64,000 nucleotides of DNA from Takakia lepidozioides (GCA_030704615.1 CM060734.1:22940001-23004000), one strand, 5' to 3'. Positions 34,337 to 48,529 are shown, counted from the first letter of the stretch. Made by a program: numbers and translations. Notes: generated from the letters alone by a model not told the origin.

Positions 34337-35825
34337 TTACTGTTTGGGATTAGCAAACCTTTGTGAGCGAGCACCCTTCTGACGTCGAGAGTCTCGTGAA
34401 GGACTCCGTGTGCGAGCCCGTGTCCTGTCACTGGTTGAGGGAGATGATTGAGCACTACCTGGAAATGTCAGTCCCTCCTTTGGCTGATATCGAGGTAATC
34501 GCTCAGGCATAGGAGACCCCCGTCGCTTCTTCTCTGCCATCTGAATTGCATAGTCCTCTGCCATGTCAAAAGTGTCCGCTGAAGAACCAGTAGTATCAGA
34601 ATCGTCTTCCCCCCTGAGGTGTTTTAACGGTCGAACTCTAACTGGAATCCTCTGGGGCATACAATGTGGTCCCACCATGTCTGGAAGTTTAATCTGTAAA
34701 ACTTGTTGTAAGCGCTGAATTGCAAAATTGGTGAAGACCCTGAACTCCTTGTCTATACATGTGAGTGGTGTGCCAATGACTTGTGAATTGTGCAAGTATT
34801 TCCATGCCTCATGTCCCTTAAAGAAAATATCGTCAGGGCCGAATTTCTGTGTTGACAAAATTGTTCCAGGCCGCATGAAACCATGAACGAATTTGAGAAT
34901 CATTTTGCATCATAACTTTTGCCTCATATAGGTAGATATGAGGTGGCATTGCAGGTAAGATCCAATGATCCCCACTAGAATAACTCAGAAAGCGCGATTG
35001 CATCTTCTGCTGCTCAATGTGATAACGTGCCAGAAAACAAGCAGCGTAGTATAACCCGCAGCCCATGACAATACTCCACCTCTATCTCTTAGACTGGGGT
35101 TGCACTGCTAATCCACCCTCACTGTGTGAAGAGCCTTGCTCTTCAATTGCAGTGATTTCTGTTTCAAACACTCCCATCTCCTTTCTCTCCCGAGTATCAA
35201 GTATGCAAGAATCAAGAATTATTTGAGCAATGATTGGACCAGACACAATGATCGGAGACTTTGCAATAGTGCCCTGTAACCTCTTCATCTCGTCCACCAA
35301 TCCGTTGTACATTAACTCCGCCCAAGCGACATCCTCTCCCCTCAAAGCTTTCAGGATCTCCTCTGTGAAGGACCTGCTCAAATACTATTGGTTCTCTTTC
35401 ATGGCAAACAGAACGTTCAAGATTTGGCCAACCTCCCTAAGCCCTGGGTACTCGGCTTTGGTACAAGCAAAACCTTGAGTTTTAAAGAAACTCCCTTCTT
35501 GGAACAAATTCCCTATCTGCAATCTTGCCCTGTGCTCATCCACCTCCACATGTCCTGATGGCAAATCAAACAATTGCTACAGGTACTGGGGAGTAATTTC
35601 TATATCTACTCCCCTCAACTGAGTAACTCCTGTCCGAGGCTCAAAGTTTTGAAGAAATTGTATCATGAACTGCCGATGATGCAAGGACCAGTCCTTGCGT
35701 AGCAATCCCTCCAATCGCAACTCCTTCAGTAGCTGCACCGCCTGTGGTGCAGCGATCGTTTGCTTCTGTAAGATTGTGGTGCTTTTCATCCTGATATCTT
35801 CCATTCCTCTCACTCTCTTCATTCT
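34337..35825 (-). pseudogene. Extra post-integrase ORF, copy with a ~2-kb internal deletion
   Basis: Homologous to 43856-47366. It jumps from QPQSKR to IVMGCGLYY at ~35080. Confidence 0.75.
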
Positions 35826-38800
35826 GGACAAACAGACCGGTTTTGGTTGCAACAACTGAAGAAACGCCTGCAGGGCACAAAGCATAAAAGTATGGTTGGC
35901 GCAGAATGAAATGGGTAAGTGCTTGTAAGCCTGCGGGGCTTGCAAGTAGCGATTTAGAGAAAATGTACTCTCCGTTCGTTTGTCCTTGTGCCACTGCGTA
36001 AGTAATAAGGCGAGCGTGTAGTCTGTTATTTCCGCCATAGCTTCAAAGCTATAGCTTTGATTGTCTCTCCTGACGAGACGCCCATTACTTGGAACGACGC
36101 CGACTCTTGCGCTCAGAATCCTTTCAATTTCTTGATTTCGCTTCTTGGAAAATACCTTCTGCAAATAATTCTGGCTCATGATTGGCTGTTGGCTGTGTGA
36201 TTTGTTTTGTAATTTAATTTCCTTCCATGGATTTTCCACTCTGGACTGTCCACTAGGATAGCACATGTGACATGGATTTCGCTTTTTGGTACTTTTAAAG
36301 GGTTCCGTTACCCTTTCCATGTATGCATTAATGGGCCCATTATAAGTTAATGTGCCGGGTAGGTACTTTGACGGCCAATTTTGTCTTCTTCCTTCATGAC
36401 AGTCGCTCTTGCAATCCATGTCCGGCTGTGTGTCTCGCCCTGGCGTCCACGTGTCCATTTCTAAACGTGCCTCCGTCCACTTTTCCGCCGGCCACTCTCC
36501 GGATGTTAACCCACGTCCACCTGTCACTGATCCTATGGATTGTGTAACCCCAGTAGGCTGTGTTGAGCTGTGACAAGCTGTGTCATACTGTGGTACGCTC
36601 TGATAGGCTGTGTGGCACTGTGGTAAGCTGTGATAGGCTGTGACACGCTGTGGTAGGTTGTGATAGGCTGTGTCACGCTGTGATGGGTTGTGATAGGCTG
36701 TGTTGCGCCGTGATGGGCTGTGATAGGCTGTGTCGCGCTTGTACTGCCCGCCCTGGTCATATACGCTCAGCCTAGCGACAAGTGCTCCATACTCCGTTGG
36801 TATCACTGGCGCAACCCGTGACTGCTTCTGCGTTTCAACATGCAAATCATGCTGCAATGGTTTGTCATGGATACCACTGTACCCCTTCAACTTATTGGCA
36901 TTGACTCTTCCCAGCATCTCTTTGTTAATGGTTTGTAACATGGCGGTGTTGTTATTATACATCTTCTGTATGACATAAGGTCCTTTCCATGGTGATTTAA
37001 GCTTAGAAGCTTTAATCTTTCCCTTCTTCTGCAACCAGAGAACCAAATCTCCCGTCTTAAAAGTCTTTAACTTGCCTTCATCAAACTATTCATTTCTCTT
37101 CATTTGAATTCTGGTCATGTTATCAGCTGCATCAGCACGTACTTCTTCCACATGGTATAATTCATGTTTCCTGACCTTAATTGAATCTTGCAATTCCATT
37201 CTCTTTCCCCATTCCGTTCTCATGGTAGTTAACAGGAATTCCACTGGAAGTAAAGCTTCCATACCATAAACTAATTGGAATGGTGTATACTTAGTGGTGA
37301 CTTTATATGAAGTCCTGTATGACCACAAAGCTGTCAGCAGCTTTGTATCCCAATCCGTTCTGTTTGCATTGACTATCTTAGCCAAGATAGTACATAATAT
37401 TTTGTTGGTAGCCTCTGCCTGCCCATTACCCTGTGGGTAATACGTTGTACTCTTCCTATGCACAATCATGAACTCTTTAGTCAATAGTTCAATGGTCTCA
37501 TTAATGAAGTGACTTCCCTGATCACTGATAAATTCCAAGGGACAGCCAAATCGTGTAAGTATGTTCTCATACAGGAACCTTGCTGTGGACTTGGTTGTGT
37601 TGTCCCTCAAAGCTTTAGCTTCCACCCACTTCGTAGTATAATCAATGGCTGTAATTATGTACCTGTTCTGTGTATTCTTGGCTGGTGGGTTAATTGGTCC
37701 AACAAAGTCTAGTCCCCATTTCTGAAATGGTTCAATAGGCATTGTAGGATGCAAAGCCATCTTCCCAGATCTCTGCAAAGGTCCTAGCCTCTGACATTCA
37801 TCACAACTCTGACAATACTTGTGTACATCTTTGAACAAAGTAGGCCACCAGTAACCTGCAAGAAGTATCTTCCTACTGGTAGTCTCTTCTCCAAAATGAC
37901 CTCCTGCCACTCCTTTATGAACTTCCTCCAAAACTTTATTTACTTCATGGTGGTACAAGCATCGTTTAAGTACTCCATCAGGTCCTAGCTTATACATTCT
38001 GCTTCCTACCATAGTATAAGGTAAAGCCTTGATAGCGATTCTCTTCCTCTGCTCCTTACCATAACTAGGTGGGCACTGACCATGAGTAAGGTAGTATATG
38101 ATTGGCCACTACCAATCTAACCATTCATTTGCACTCCTTTGCACCTCCATTACAAATAAACTCGCACAAGGTAACTGACTGGTGGTGGTGAGGCTTTAAT
38201 GGCCTCTGTCTTCCTGGGATCCACAAAAAGTCCCCTCTTACACACAATGTGTCCCAAAAGCACCCCTGAGTTTACACAGAAAGTACACTTCTCTGGATTC
38301 AGGCCCAGACCTCTCATTCTGCATCTGGCCAGACATAACTCCAATTTATGCAAGTGCTCATTCTTAGAGCTGTACACACTGAAATCATTCAAGAACACCT
38401 ACATGAAATCATCCAGATACTCATGAAAAGATTCACTTATCACTCTCTGAAAGGTTGCTGGTGCATTACAAAGTCCAAAGGGCATGACTTTGTATGCATA
38501 AGCAAAGCTGTCTTTCCCTAGTCTTCTTCTGCCACTTGCACTTGATTATAACCACTGAAGCCATCCATGAAAGAGTACATCTCATGGCCTGCCACAGTGT
38601 CCAATACTACTTCTGTGAATGGCAAGGGGAATGGATCCTTCTTCATGCAAGCATTCAACTTCTTATAGTTCACACAAACTCTCAGTTTACCATTCTTCTT
38701 GGGATCTATCACAATGGGTGACAACCAAGTTGTATACTCTATTGGGTATATAAACTTAGCCTCAGCCAACTTCTTGATCTCTTCTCCAACCTTCTGTGCA

Positions 38801-40240
38801 TAGTTGGGATTCATTCTGTACCTTGCCTGCTTGATTGGTACTGACCCTGGTTCCAGTTCAATCTTATGCTGACAGATCTCAGGTGGTATCCCTTTTAGAT
38901 CCTCGTAGCTCCAAGCAAATACATCTCTGTATTTGATGAACAAACTCTTAGCTTCTTCAAAGAATTTTGGCTCCAAATCAGCTCCTACCTTCACCATCCT
39001 CGGTTCCTCTTCAGTTCCCACATTCACTTCCCTCACCTGCTCATCAGCTGTGATTGTCCAACCAGTCACCACTTCATCCTGTAAACTCACAGTGGCTGGT
39101 TCCTCTAGGATTTCCATTTCTCCTTCTCTTTCTTCATAGAAATGTGATGGGTAACTGCTGGTTTCCTCTTCAATTGGTGTTGCTGACACTACACCACAGC
39201 AGATACCTCTTAAACAACTTAGGCCTTCCAGCCGCATCTCTGCAACCTGCTCCCACTCTAGGTGTGCAGCAAACAGGGTAGCTTCCTGCTCCTCATCCAG
39301 TCCTCCCCTCCAGTCATACTCTCTGACCCCTCGAGGTCTTCTCGTAGCAGGTAATCTACTAGATTTCTTAGTGGTAATTTGTATCTCGTGCATCCCATTA
39401 TGCACAGTTAATAACTGAGAATTCCAGTCATGGAATACCCTGGCCTGTTTCAACCACGGACGCCAATAATAAGGAGTAAGCCTCCATGACTTCATCCATC
39501 TTCAACACAATTACTGTGATCATAAAGATCATCATCTGTATTTGTATCAATGGTTGTACACTTCTTTGATCTGCCATTGTTACTGTAAATGGGGTTGGTT
39601 TCATGTTACTTAGACCAAGCTTCTTCCTTAATTGGTCTGTCATGATATTTACTCCAGAGCCTCCATCTATCAGTACATCAGTTAGTTCTGTGCTTCCAAT
39701 TCTCAATTGGATTACTGGCATAGAATCATCAAAGTCCATGACTGTTTCTCGCCCTTCTGGCTTCACATTATAACTGGTCACCTTGCTGTTCAGGTCTGTG
39801 CTTCCTGTCTCCTGGGCAATTCGATTGATTGCTTGATACAGCCTATGTCTACAATAAGGTGCCACAGCCAATAGCTGTCCAATGGTAATCTCCGCTTTGG
39901 TCTGGCATATTACTTCAGCCAAAGTCCCTTCATTACTTTGCATGTCTGCAGCTTCTTTCTTCCTTTCATCCTCACTCACTTCTTCTTCTCCATCAAAATC
40001 AGAGGAATCTGCCACAGGAATATCAGTACTCTTCTGCATTTCCCTTATGGTATCTGCCACTTCCTTGTGCAGTTCCTTCTCATCTCTCCAAGCCTCATCA
40101 TCTTCAGGCATATCATTGCCATCTTCATTATCATCATCTTCCTCAACTACTGGAGGTATTAGTTTGGCTTTGCTTCTTGTTACTATCATTGTACTTACTT
40201 CTGGTACAACACATGGCCTAACCATGTGAGCTGCCACCAC
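35826..40240 (-). pseudogene. pol: pol: protease, RT, integrase with GPY/F motif; RNase H deleted
   Basis: VLIDGGSGVN, LRVCVNYKKLN, FMDGFSGYNQ, VFLNDFSV, HKGVAGGHF...CQSCDEC, WGLDFVGP, SDQGSHF, PQGNGQAE, WKGPY. RT is fused to the pre-integrase region at ~38165. Confidence 0.9.
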
Positions 40241-41939
40241 TGGCCCTCATTCACATGAGCTCTCATCTCATTCTGGTGTCTAATCCAAAATGAACAGGCT
40301 GCCTTGCGATGTCCTGGCTGATTACAATAGTAACACAGTTCTTCACCATTGGGTCCTCGCCCTTGGTCTGCTCTTGGATTATTTCTGTAATCCTGATTCC
40401 CTAGCTGGTAATTCCCCCTCTGATTACCCTGATAGTTGCCTCTGGAATTTCCTTGGTAATTCCCTCTTGAATTACCTCTCCCTTCCATGCCATTGTTATA
40501 ACCACCAAGCCTACCATAGTGGTCCTGATCACTGTCTCTTCTTGGCTAGGGCTGCACTTGATGCACCCTTACTTGCCTAGGTTCTCTTGCAGCTGTCCTT
40601 CTGTTGTAGTAACAATTCTCAGTAGAATGGTTATCCATCTTACAGATAGTACAGTGTTTCTCCTTCATGTGGCATTCAGTGGTGGTATGGCCTTCATTCT
40701 GGCACTTTGCACACCATACACCCTTCCTCCAATGTGTTGCAGCCTCTGTGGCATACTTCTTCAAGATTTCTTCTAATATTTTCTCATAGTTATCCCTCTT
40801 CAACTTCTCCTTCCTCTTACTCCTCCTTTTCAGCTCTTGCTCTTCTTCCTCATCTGACTCATCCTCAGAGTCCTCATCGTCCCTTTTCTCTCTCCTGAGC
40901 ATTCCCAATTGCTCAATTCTGTTTGCTGTTTCAAATGCCTCCTCCACTGTATTATGGGGTAACATATCCTTTTTCTTTTGCAACTCTGGTCTTAGTCCAC
41001 TCACAAACCAAGTCTTCTGTAAACCTGGTGCTGGTACAGCAGCCAGCCATTTCATCATCAATTCCATCTTTCCCATATACTCCTCAACAGTTTCATGCTT
41101 CTTTTGCTTTAACTGTTGTAAACTTCCATACACTTCATCCTCAGTTTTACTTGTCCTGAACCTATTTCGGAATGTTGTATTCAAGCCATTCCAGGTTAGG
41201 AAATGATTATCGGGGAATCTTGCATACCATTCACTTGCTTTCTTGATAAGTGAACAAGGAAACAATCTCATCTTGGCATCATCGCCATTCTCATTGTTCA
41301 CTATACACATGTGCTCAAATTGGCTAATGTGTACATCGGATCCCCTTTTCCTGAATATATTGGAAAAGGTGGTTTTGCCCGTGTTGGTTGTAACGCCATC
41401 TGTGGCCCTACCTTCTGCCCACTGACAGGTGCTGGCACCCTTGCTGGTGCTGGTCCTTGAGGACCTGTTGTAGTTGTGGTGGATCTTCCACCAAGTGGTG
41501 GCCCCTGAGCACTCCCTGCTACTGGCCCCACGATATTCACAGTATTCCCAGCTCCAGTTGCACTACTTCCCACACTCCCTGTCCCCCCAGAGCCAGATCC
41601 AGGCAGCCCGCCTGATCCCCCTGAGCCGACACCTTCATTGGCCTGTGATCCAAGTGCTCCACTTGATCCAGGTCCAACGGGTTGGGATGTCCTGGTTGTA
41701 GTCTCAACCTCAGCTGTTGGGTCTACTTCTTCATACTCTTCCTCTTCCAATTTCTTCTCTCTATTTTCATCCTCCAAGTTCTGCCCTTGGGTTTCTTCTT
41801 CACTCATGTAACTCAACTGTAATGGTGTTGGAGAGTCTGAACTCTCCGTTGGCTCTGCCACATCCTCTCCTCCTTTCTTCACCTTCCGTTTCAGAAACTG
41901 GAGTTCCTGCTTTTGGTGTTCCATGCCAACTCTTATCAA
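40195..41939 (-). pseudogene. gag: gag (frameshifted)
   Basis: KMRLFPCSLIKKASEWY, LKQKKHETVEEY, FVSGLRPE. Knuckles CAKCQNEGHTTTEC, CTICKMDNHSTENC and CYYCNQPGHRKAAC. Confidence 0.9.
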
Positions 41940-42810
41940 AGATTTCTGTCAAATCTTTTATCCAGGGATGTACCTCAGATCTTCACCTCGTGATTGATCT
42001 TCTCCCGTACCAATTCCCTTAATCTTTTCTTGCAAAGAAAAAGAAGGAGTGGCATCCAACTCTAGTTCTTCCGGTATGGGTGATGTACTCTCTGATCTTA
42101 ATGGTGTGAGAGGTCCAGATGATTCCCCTATGTCTATTCCTCTCTCCCAAAGATATGGATAATTAGCTTTCAGATAGCTTTCTCTTTTTGCTGAATATCT
42201 CTGGAGTCTAGCTTCTCTTTCATCACTCATGTCCCATTGTCTTTCAATTGTGGCAATAACCAAAACTCTCTTCTGTAATATCTCTCGTATATGCCTGGGT
42301 TTCTTTCAAGCTTCAATGCACCCTTGGCTATACTAGAAGTCTCCGTTACCATATAACAATATGGCAAACAAGTCTGGAAAGTTGTTCTTGGTGTGAGTTT
42401 GATCCACAAAATATCCTTTGGAATCCAATTCTTTACCAGTACAAGCTCTTCATGCATATGAGTATAAACATTCACCTTTCTTTTCCTCCCAGCCTTCAAC
42501 TCTACTCGCTTAATGGATAGCAATGCTATCACATAAACCAGTGTTGGTAACCAACGTGCTCTTCCTCTACAGGCCACCTGATAAATCTTTATCACTCCTT
42601 TCTCCAGACCCCATTCAGGGTCAGCATCATGCACTCTTAAGAATGTTTTCTTTACAACCGTCTGGCAATTCCAAGAACCTCTGAAAGAATCGTTTGGACA
42701 ATCTTTCCTTCTCAGTTTCACAGGGAATTTGATTCACATCAAATTCTTTATTCTCCAACCACCATGATCCCACCAGATGCCTGTCACATCTGGTTGTTCA
42801 TGACCCAGTT

Positions 42811-42827
42811 CCCCAGTATGGTCGCCA
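42811..42827 (-). promoter_or_regulatory. Primer-binding site, probably tRNA-Arg
   Basis: TGGCGACCATACTGGGG 2 nt from the LTR. Same sequence at 63579-63595. Resembles Arg-type PBSs of Athila/Tat/Ogre elements. Confidence 0.7.
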
Positions 42828-43855
42828 AATGTCGAGCGGCTTTTACTCACCCATCCCTTCGCTATCCGAGGTGGAAACTCCAAGATAGAAGAGTTGGAAA
42901 TCTCTAAGCACTCAGCCCGCTCAGAACAATCAGTCATGACCTACAGCTAGTGTATCATGGGGGTGTTTCCTATTTGTATCCTTCCCGCATTCATGTTAGC
43001 GAGTTACCTTACTGTCTGCAATATAAGTATCAGTTGCTTCAGAAATCTATCAAGTTCCTCCATTCATTCCACAGCTTCACTCAGGTCTCTCTACACAGTG
43101 TGAGTATGAAGTATGTATCAGATTAATATCTATCAAGTATCAGGCTGAAGCCATGGTGTCTCTAATCTACTCTACATTACAATTCTACAGCTTGCATTCA
43201 TCAAGTAACAACAAATCGTCACTTCTCCTACTCCCGTGCTCTTCTCTTTCCACTCAGAGATGTGCTCTCCCCTCTATTTCCAAGCCGTGATGCCAGAAGT
43301 CCCCCCCCCCAAGAAGTGATCCCCAGACGTCCCCGCTCTTCGCTTTATCTCCCTACAAGCTGTTCTAACTGCTTTCCTAACTAACCGTCATCCCTGTAGT
43401 ACACGTCCTTTTTCAGATGTCGTTCCCCACAGTCGTTCCCTGCCAATGATAACTGTCCCCCAGCTGTGCCGAGCTGTGACTGGCTGTATCAGGCTGTGGC
43501 GGGCTGTGACTGGCTGTGTCGGGCTGTGTAGGGCTGTGGCGGCTGTGTCGGCTGTGCGAAGCTGTGACGGATGTGTCGGGCTGTGACTGGCTGTGTTGGA
43601 CTGTGACGGGCTGTGACGGCTGTGTATCTCCCCCCCTAAAGCCTGTTGATGTCACCCCTAAGGCTCCTGTTGGTCTCAGTCTGTGTAAAAATTAAGGGTA
43701 CCCCACAGATCCCGTAAAAGCGTCTAAGTCCCAAGCAGCCCTCTAACACTTACACGCACTTACCTGTTCCATTCTGTGCCAACCATACCTTAATGCTCTG
43801 TGCCCTGCAAGCTTTCCTTCAGCTGTTTCAAACAAAGCCTTTTTGTTTGTCTAGA

Positions 43856-46800
43856 ATGAAGAGAGTGAGGGGAATGGAGGATATCAGGGTGAAAAGCACC
43901 ACGATTCTGCAGAAGCAAACAATTGCTACACCGAAGGCAGTGCAGCTGCTAAGGGAGTTGCGATTGGAGGGGCTGCTACGCAAGGATTGGTCCTTACATC
44001 ATCGGCAGTATAAGATTCAATTTCTTTAGAACTTTGAGCCTCGGACGGGAGTTACCCAGGTGAGGGGAGTAGATATAGAAATTACTCCCCAATACTTGCA
44101 GCAATTGTTTGATTTGCCATCAGGTCATGTGGATGTGGATGAGCACAGGGCAAGATTGCAGATAGGGAATTTGTTCCAAGAAGGGAGTTTCTTTAAGACT
44201 CAAGGTTATGCTTGTACCAAAGCCGAGTACCCGGGGCTCAGAGAAGTTGGCCAAATATTGAACATTCTGTTTGCCATGAAACAAAACCAACAGTATTTGA
44301 GCAAGACATTCGCAGAGGAGATCCTAAAAGCTTTGAGGGGAGAGGATGTAGCTTGGGCGGAGTTAATGTACAATGGTCTGGTGGACGAGATGAAGAGGTT
44401 ACAGGGCACTTCTGCTAAGTCTCCGATCATTGTGTCTGGTCCAGTCATTGCCCAAATCATTCTTGATTCTTGCATACTTGATACTTGGGAACGTAAGGAG
44501 ATGGGAGTGTTTGAGGCAGAAACCACTGCAATTGAGGAGCAGGGCTATTCACATAGTGAGGGTGGACTGGCAGGGCAACACCAGTCTAAAAGACAGAAGC
44601 GGGGTTTGACTGTAGTAGCGGATCCACTTGCTTCACGGAAACCGCAAGATGATGTTTCCCAAGCTCTTGTGCAGGATAGGGCACAGCAGCACAAAAGACT
44701 GTTATTATTGGAAGCACGGCCTTCGGAGAGGGAAGAGGAAGTCAATTTGATACCACAGCCACCACAGGCAGTTGACTCAGCTGTCTTAGAGGTTCCACAA
44801 TTAGAGTATGTTGTGACAAAACCCCCAATTGCTCTGGACGGAGAAAGGTTGGACATTCCCACTACAGAGCAGATCGTGGCTGAAATTGAGAAGGGTGACC
44901 TTCTCTATGAAAACTCTGGCTTGGTAAGGGAATCAGCGGTTCCAGAGGTGCAGCATTTGTCTAGGGAAAACCCTGCTGTGCATGTAATACCCACACCTGT
45001 GACGGAAGTACCAGGGGTAGAATATAAGGACACTACAGCACCTGTGGAGGATGAGGTGGTTCAGGAAGAGAATCTGGTGGGGCAATGGCATGAATGGTTG
45101 GTGAGGCATCACACTGTGGAGGATCAGGGAGAACAACAGCAAGTTCACCATGATGACCCTTTGCTTATGAGTTCCATAAGCAAAACACTTAATTTGTTGG
45201 GCATTTATGTGAAATCCCATGTTCCATCTACCCAATTGGCAGCTTTGAGGGAGGAACTCAAGAAGGAGTTTGAGGCTCAAATTGCCACTGAGTGTGCTAA
45301 CAAGGTAGATGAGCAGGTCAATCTCAAGTTACAGCAAGAGTCGGAGGACACAAAGGCTGCCTTGCAGTTGGCCAAGGGACATTTGATTGAAGCAGGCCTC
45401 GAGCAGGATCAGTTGCATGAAGCACATAAGCAACAGTTATAGCATGAGGGCAAGTTGCAAGAAGTGAATGTACTACATACAAAGTTGGAGGCAGTACATG
45501 AGAAGATGACCATACAATGTGCTACACTCACAACTACACTTGAGCAAACTGCATTATAAGTTAACAGACAAGGGGAGAGATGTATGAAGGCAGAAGCTGA
45601 GATAATAGAGCAAGCAAAACTCATTGTTGATATGAAGAATACAATCTGTCGCAATGAGAATACTTTCAAACAATACAGATAGGTTGAGGCTGACCAGGAG
45701 AGGTACATCCTGGAGTTGCAACAAACAGTCATGGTAAATAGAAATGAACTCTTTGTGGCTAACAAGGCTTGGAAGGAAGCCAATAATATGGCTGCTGCCT
45801 ATGCGGGTCTGGTTGAACCTCATGCGAAGCACATGGAGGCTTTACAGCAGTAGTTAGATGTGTACAGACTCACGGAGGAGCAGACTCTCAGGGGTGCCAC
45901 ACGCGACTTGGTGGATAACCACCTTATGCAGGTCTGGTTAGCACAAGGGCCGATAGAAGGCAAAGCACCACGGAACCTCACCCAGGGCGAGATGAATGAG
46001 CTCAGATTGCAAGTGCAAAACATTGCCACAATTACTATAGACAACGTCTATAGTAGGATAGCGGAGCTACAGGAAGACGTGGAAGGCCTGCAGACTCAAG
46101 TGGATGACCTGAGTTCAAATATTGACAAGAGAGTCTTTGTTCATGAGGAGCAGCTGATGGCTACTTATTTACATGCCAGGACTCTATTTTTTCAATCTTC
46201 TTCGCAGGGGGTGTAGGAGATGCCAGTGGTACCAATACCACAACAGGCGGCTGTGCAGGTAGCTGAACCTGTTGTTACTATAGCCACACCACAGCCTGAG
46301 GTATGGGGGGATGCTGCTTTTAACCCACCTAAGACTCCTGCTGCACGGGAGTACAGTCAGGCTATGATTATGCCCTTCAACCAAATTCCCATTGTGTTGG
46401 ATTTGGCTTGGAAGGAATTTAGTCCTCCACAGTCGTTGGCACATTACTACTAGATCATGCGCATTTGGTTGCCGGTGGCAACTCGGACTAAGGTTCTTCC
46501 GAACAATCGACCCATTGAGGATCATCACTTTGCCAGGTACTGGTCTGAGGCAGGTACCATGCTGAAGGAATTAATTGCCTTCCAGGTTGTACATGGGTAC
46601 ATCTATACCAAGACCAAGGAGGTATCTAGAATTGTCATGGGCTGTGGATTATACTATGCTGCTTGTTTTCTGGCACGCTATCACATTGAGCAGCAGAAGA
46701 TGCAATCACAATTTCTGAGTTATTCCAGTGGGGATCATTGGGTCTTACCTTCAGTGCCACCTCATATGTACCTATATGATGCAAAAGTTATGATGCAGAA

Positions 46801-47366
46801 GGATTCCCAACTTCGTTCATGGTTTCATTTGGCTTGGAACAATTTGACAACACATAAATTCGGCCCTGAGGATATTTTCTTTAAGGGACATGAAGCCTGG
46901 ACATACTTACACTATTCCAAAGTCGTTGGCACACCTCTCACCTATACGGATAAAGGAGTTCAGGGTGTTCACTAATTTTGCTTGCAAGCGCTTACAGCAA
47001 GTTGTACAGTTTAAACTTCCAGACATGGTGGGACCACATTGTATGCCACACATGATTCCACTTAAAGTTCGGCCGTTAAAACACTTAAGGGGGGACGAGG
47101 ATTCTAATACTATTGTTTCTTCCGAGGACTCTTTTGACATGGCAGAGGACTATGCACTTCAGATGGCAGAGAAGAAACGACGGGGATCTCCTATGCCTGA
47201 GAGGTTACCTCGTTATCAGCCAAAGGAGGGTCAGACATTTCCAGATAGTGCTCAATCATCTCCATCAGCCAGTGACAGGACTCGGGCTTGCACACGGAGT
47301 CCTTCACGAGACTCTCACCGTCAGAAGGGTGCTCGCTCACAAAGGTTTGCTAATCCCAAACAGTAA
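43856..47366 (+). pseudogene. Long extra 3' ORF (~1150 codons, env-position ORF) with a coiled-coil region
   Basis: Same-frame ORFs 43793..44029, 44060..45442, 45860..46216, 46220..46453 and 46457..46975 are separated by stops. QFL.NF...VRGVDIEITP...LFDLP recalls the Athila/Transposase_32-type motif. E/Q/K-rich heptads at ~45240-46150. Confidence 0.7.
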
Positions 47367-48529
47367 ACCGTGAGGACACGGCTTTTTGAGAGGGGGAGGG
47401 GTAATGTTAGAGGGCTGCTTGGGACTTAGACGCTTTTACGGGTTCTGTGGGGTACCCTTAATTTTTGCGCAGACTGAGACCAACAGGAGCCTTAGGGGTG
47501 GCAGCAGCAGGCTTTAGGGGGATTACACAGCCCGACACATCCAGTCACAACCTGACACAGCCCGCCACAACTTTACACAGCCCGTCACAGCTTCGCACAG
47601 CCAGTCACAGCCCGCCACAGCTTTGCACAGCCAGTCACAGCCCAACACAGCTTCACACAGCCCGCAACAGCTTTACACAGCCCGTCACAGCTTCGCACAG
47701 CCAGTCACAGCCCGGCACAGCTTACACAGCCCGGCACAGCTTCGCATAGCCAGTCACAGCCCGACATAGCTTCACACAGCCTGTCGCAGTACATAGGGAA
47801 CGGTTATCATTGACAGGGAACGACTGTGAGGGAACGACATCTGCAGAGGGAACGTGTTACTTCAGGGATGACGGTTAGTTAGTTAGGTGGTTAGAACAAC
47901 TTGTGGGTAGAAAAGGAGAGCGGCAACGGGAAGGGGATCACTTCTAGAGGAGGGCGACTTGTTCAGGAGTGGAAGAAACGTAACGGAGAGCAGGAAACAG
48001 TGTAGAGGAGATGATGACTTGAATGAGGCTTAGTTCATGCAAGCTGTAGAATTATATTGTAGGGCAGATTAGAGTCACCATGGCATTGGCCTGATACCTG
48101 ATGAATCATAATTTGATACTTATACGATACAAACACACTGTGTAGAGAGACATGAGTGAAGCTGTGGAATGAATGCATGATTAACCGGAACTTAGTAGAT
48201 ACTGAAGCAATCTGATGCTTCAGTATACACGGTAAGGTAGATTGATAACATGAAGGCAAGAAAGAATACAAATAGGAAGCACAACCATGATACACTAGCT
48301 GCAGGTCATGACTGATTGTTCTGAGCGGGCTGAGTGCTTAGAGATATCCAACTCCTCTATCTTGGAGTTTCCACCTCGGATAACGAAGGGATGGGTGAGT
48401 AAAAGCCGCTCGACAGATCCCCCTAGTGAGGTTTGCACACTGACCCCCCCACAAAACTTTGACAACACCAATCCCCTAAATGAATTTTGTAGACATTGTT
48501 CCCCCCAGTAAAACTTTCAAAACACTGAT

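Larger units (their letters stand above)
33304..43748 (-). mobile_element. Athila/Tat-like Ty3/Gypsy LTR retrotransposon with both LTRs; internal deletions
   Basis: LTRs 33304-34297 and 42830-43748. Perfect 5-bp TSD CTTAC. PBS TGGCGACCATACTGGGG (42811-42827). PPT at ~34301-34315. Order gag-PR-RT-INT plus an extra 3' ORF. Confidence 0.95.
32264..48415 (+). mobile_element. 3' half of an Athila/Tat-like Ty3/Gypsy element (host copy), interrupted by a same-family insertion at 33304-43748
   Basis: 32264-33303 and 43749-47366 are collinear with the post-integrase region of the inserted copy (RYLQAQQAY|THLPVPFCANH). PPT at 47388-47401. 3' LTR 47405-48415 (TGTTAG...CGACA). Confidence 0.88.
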
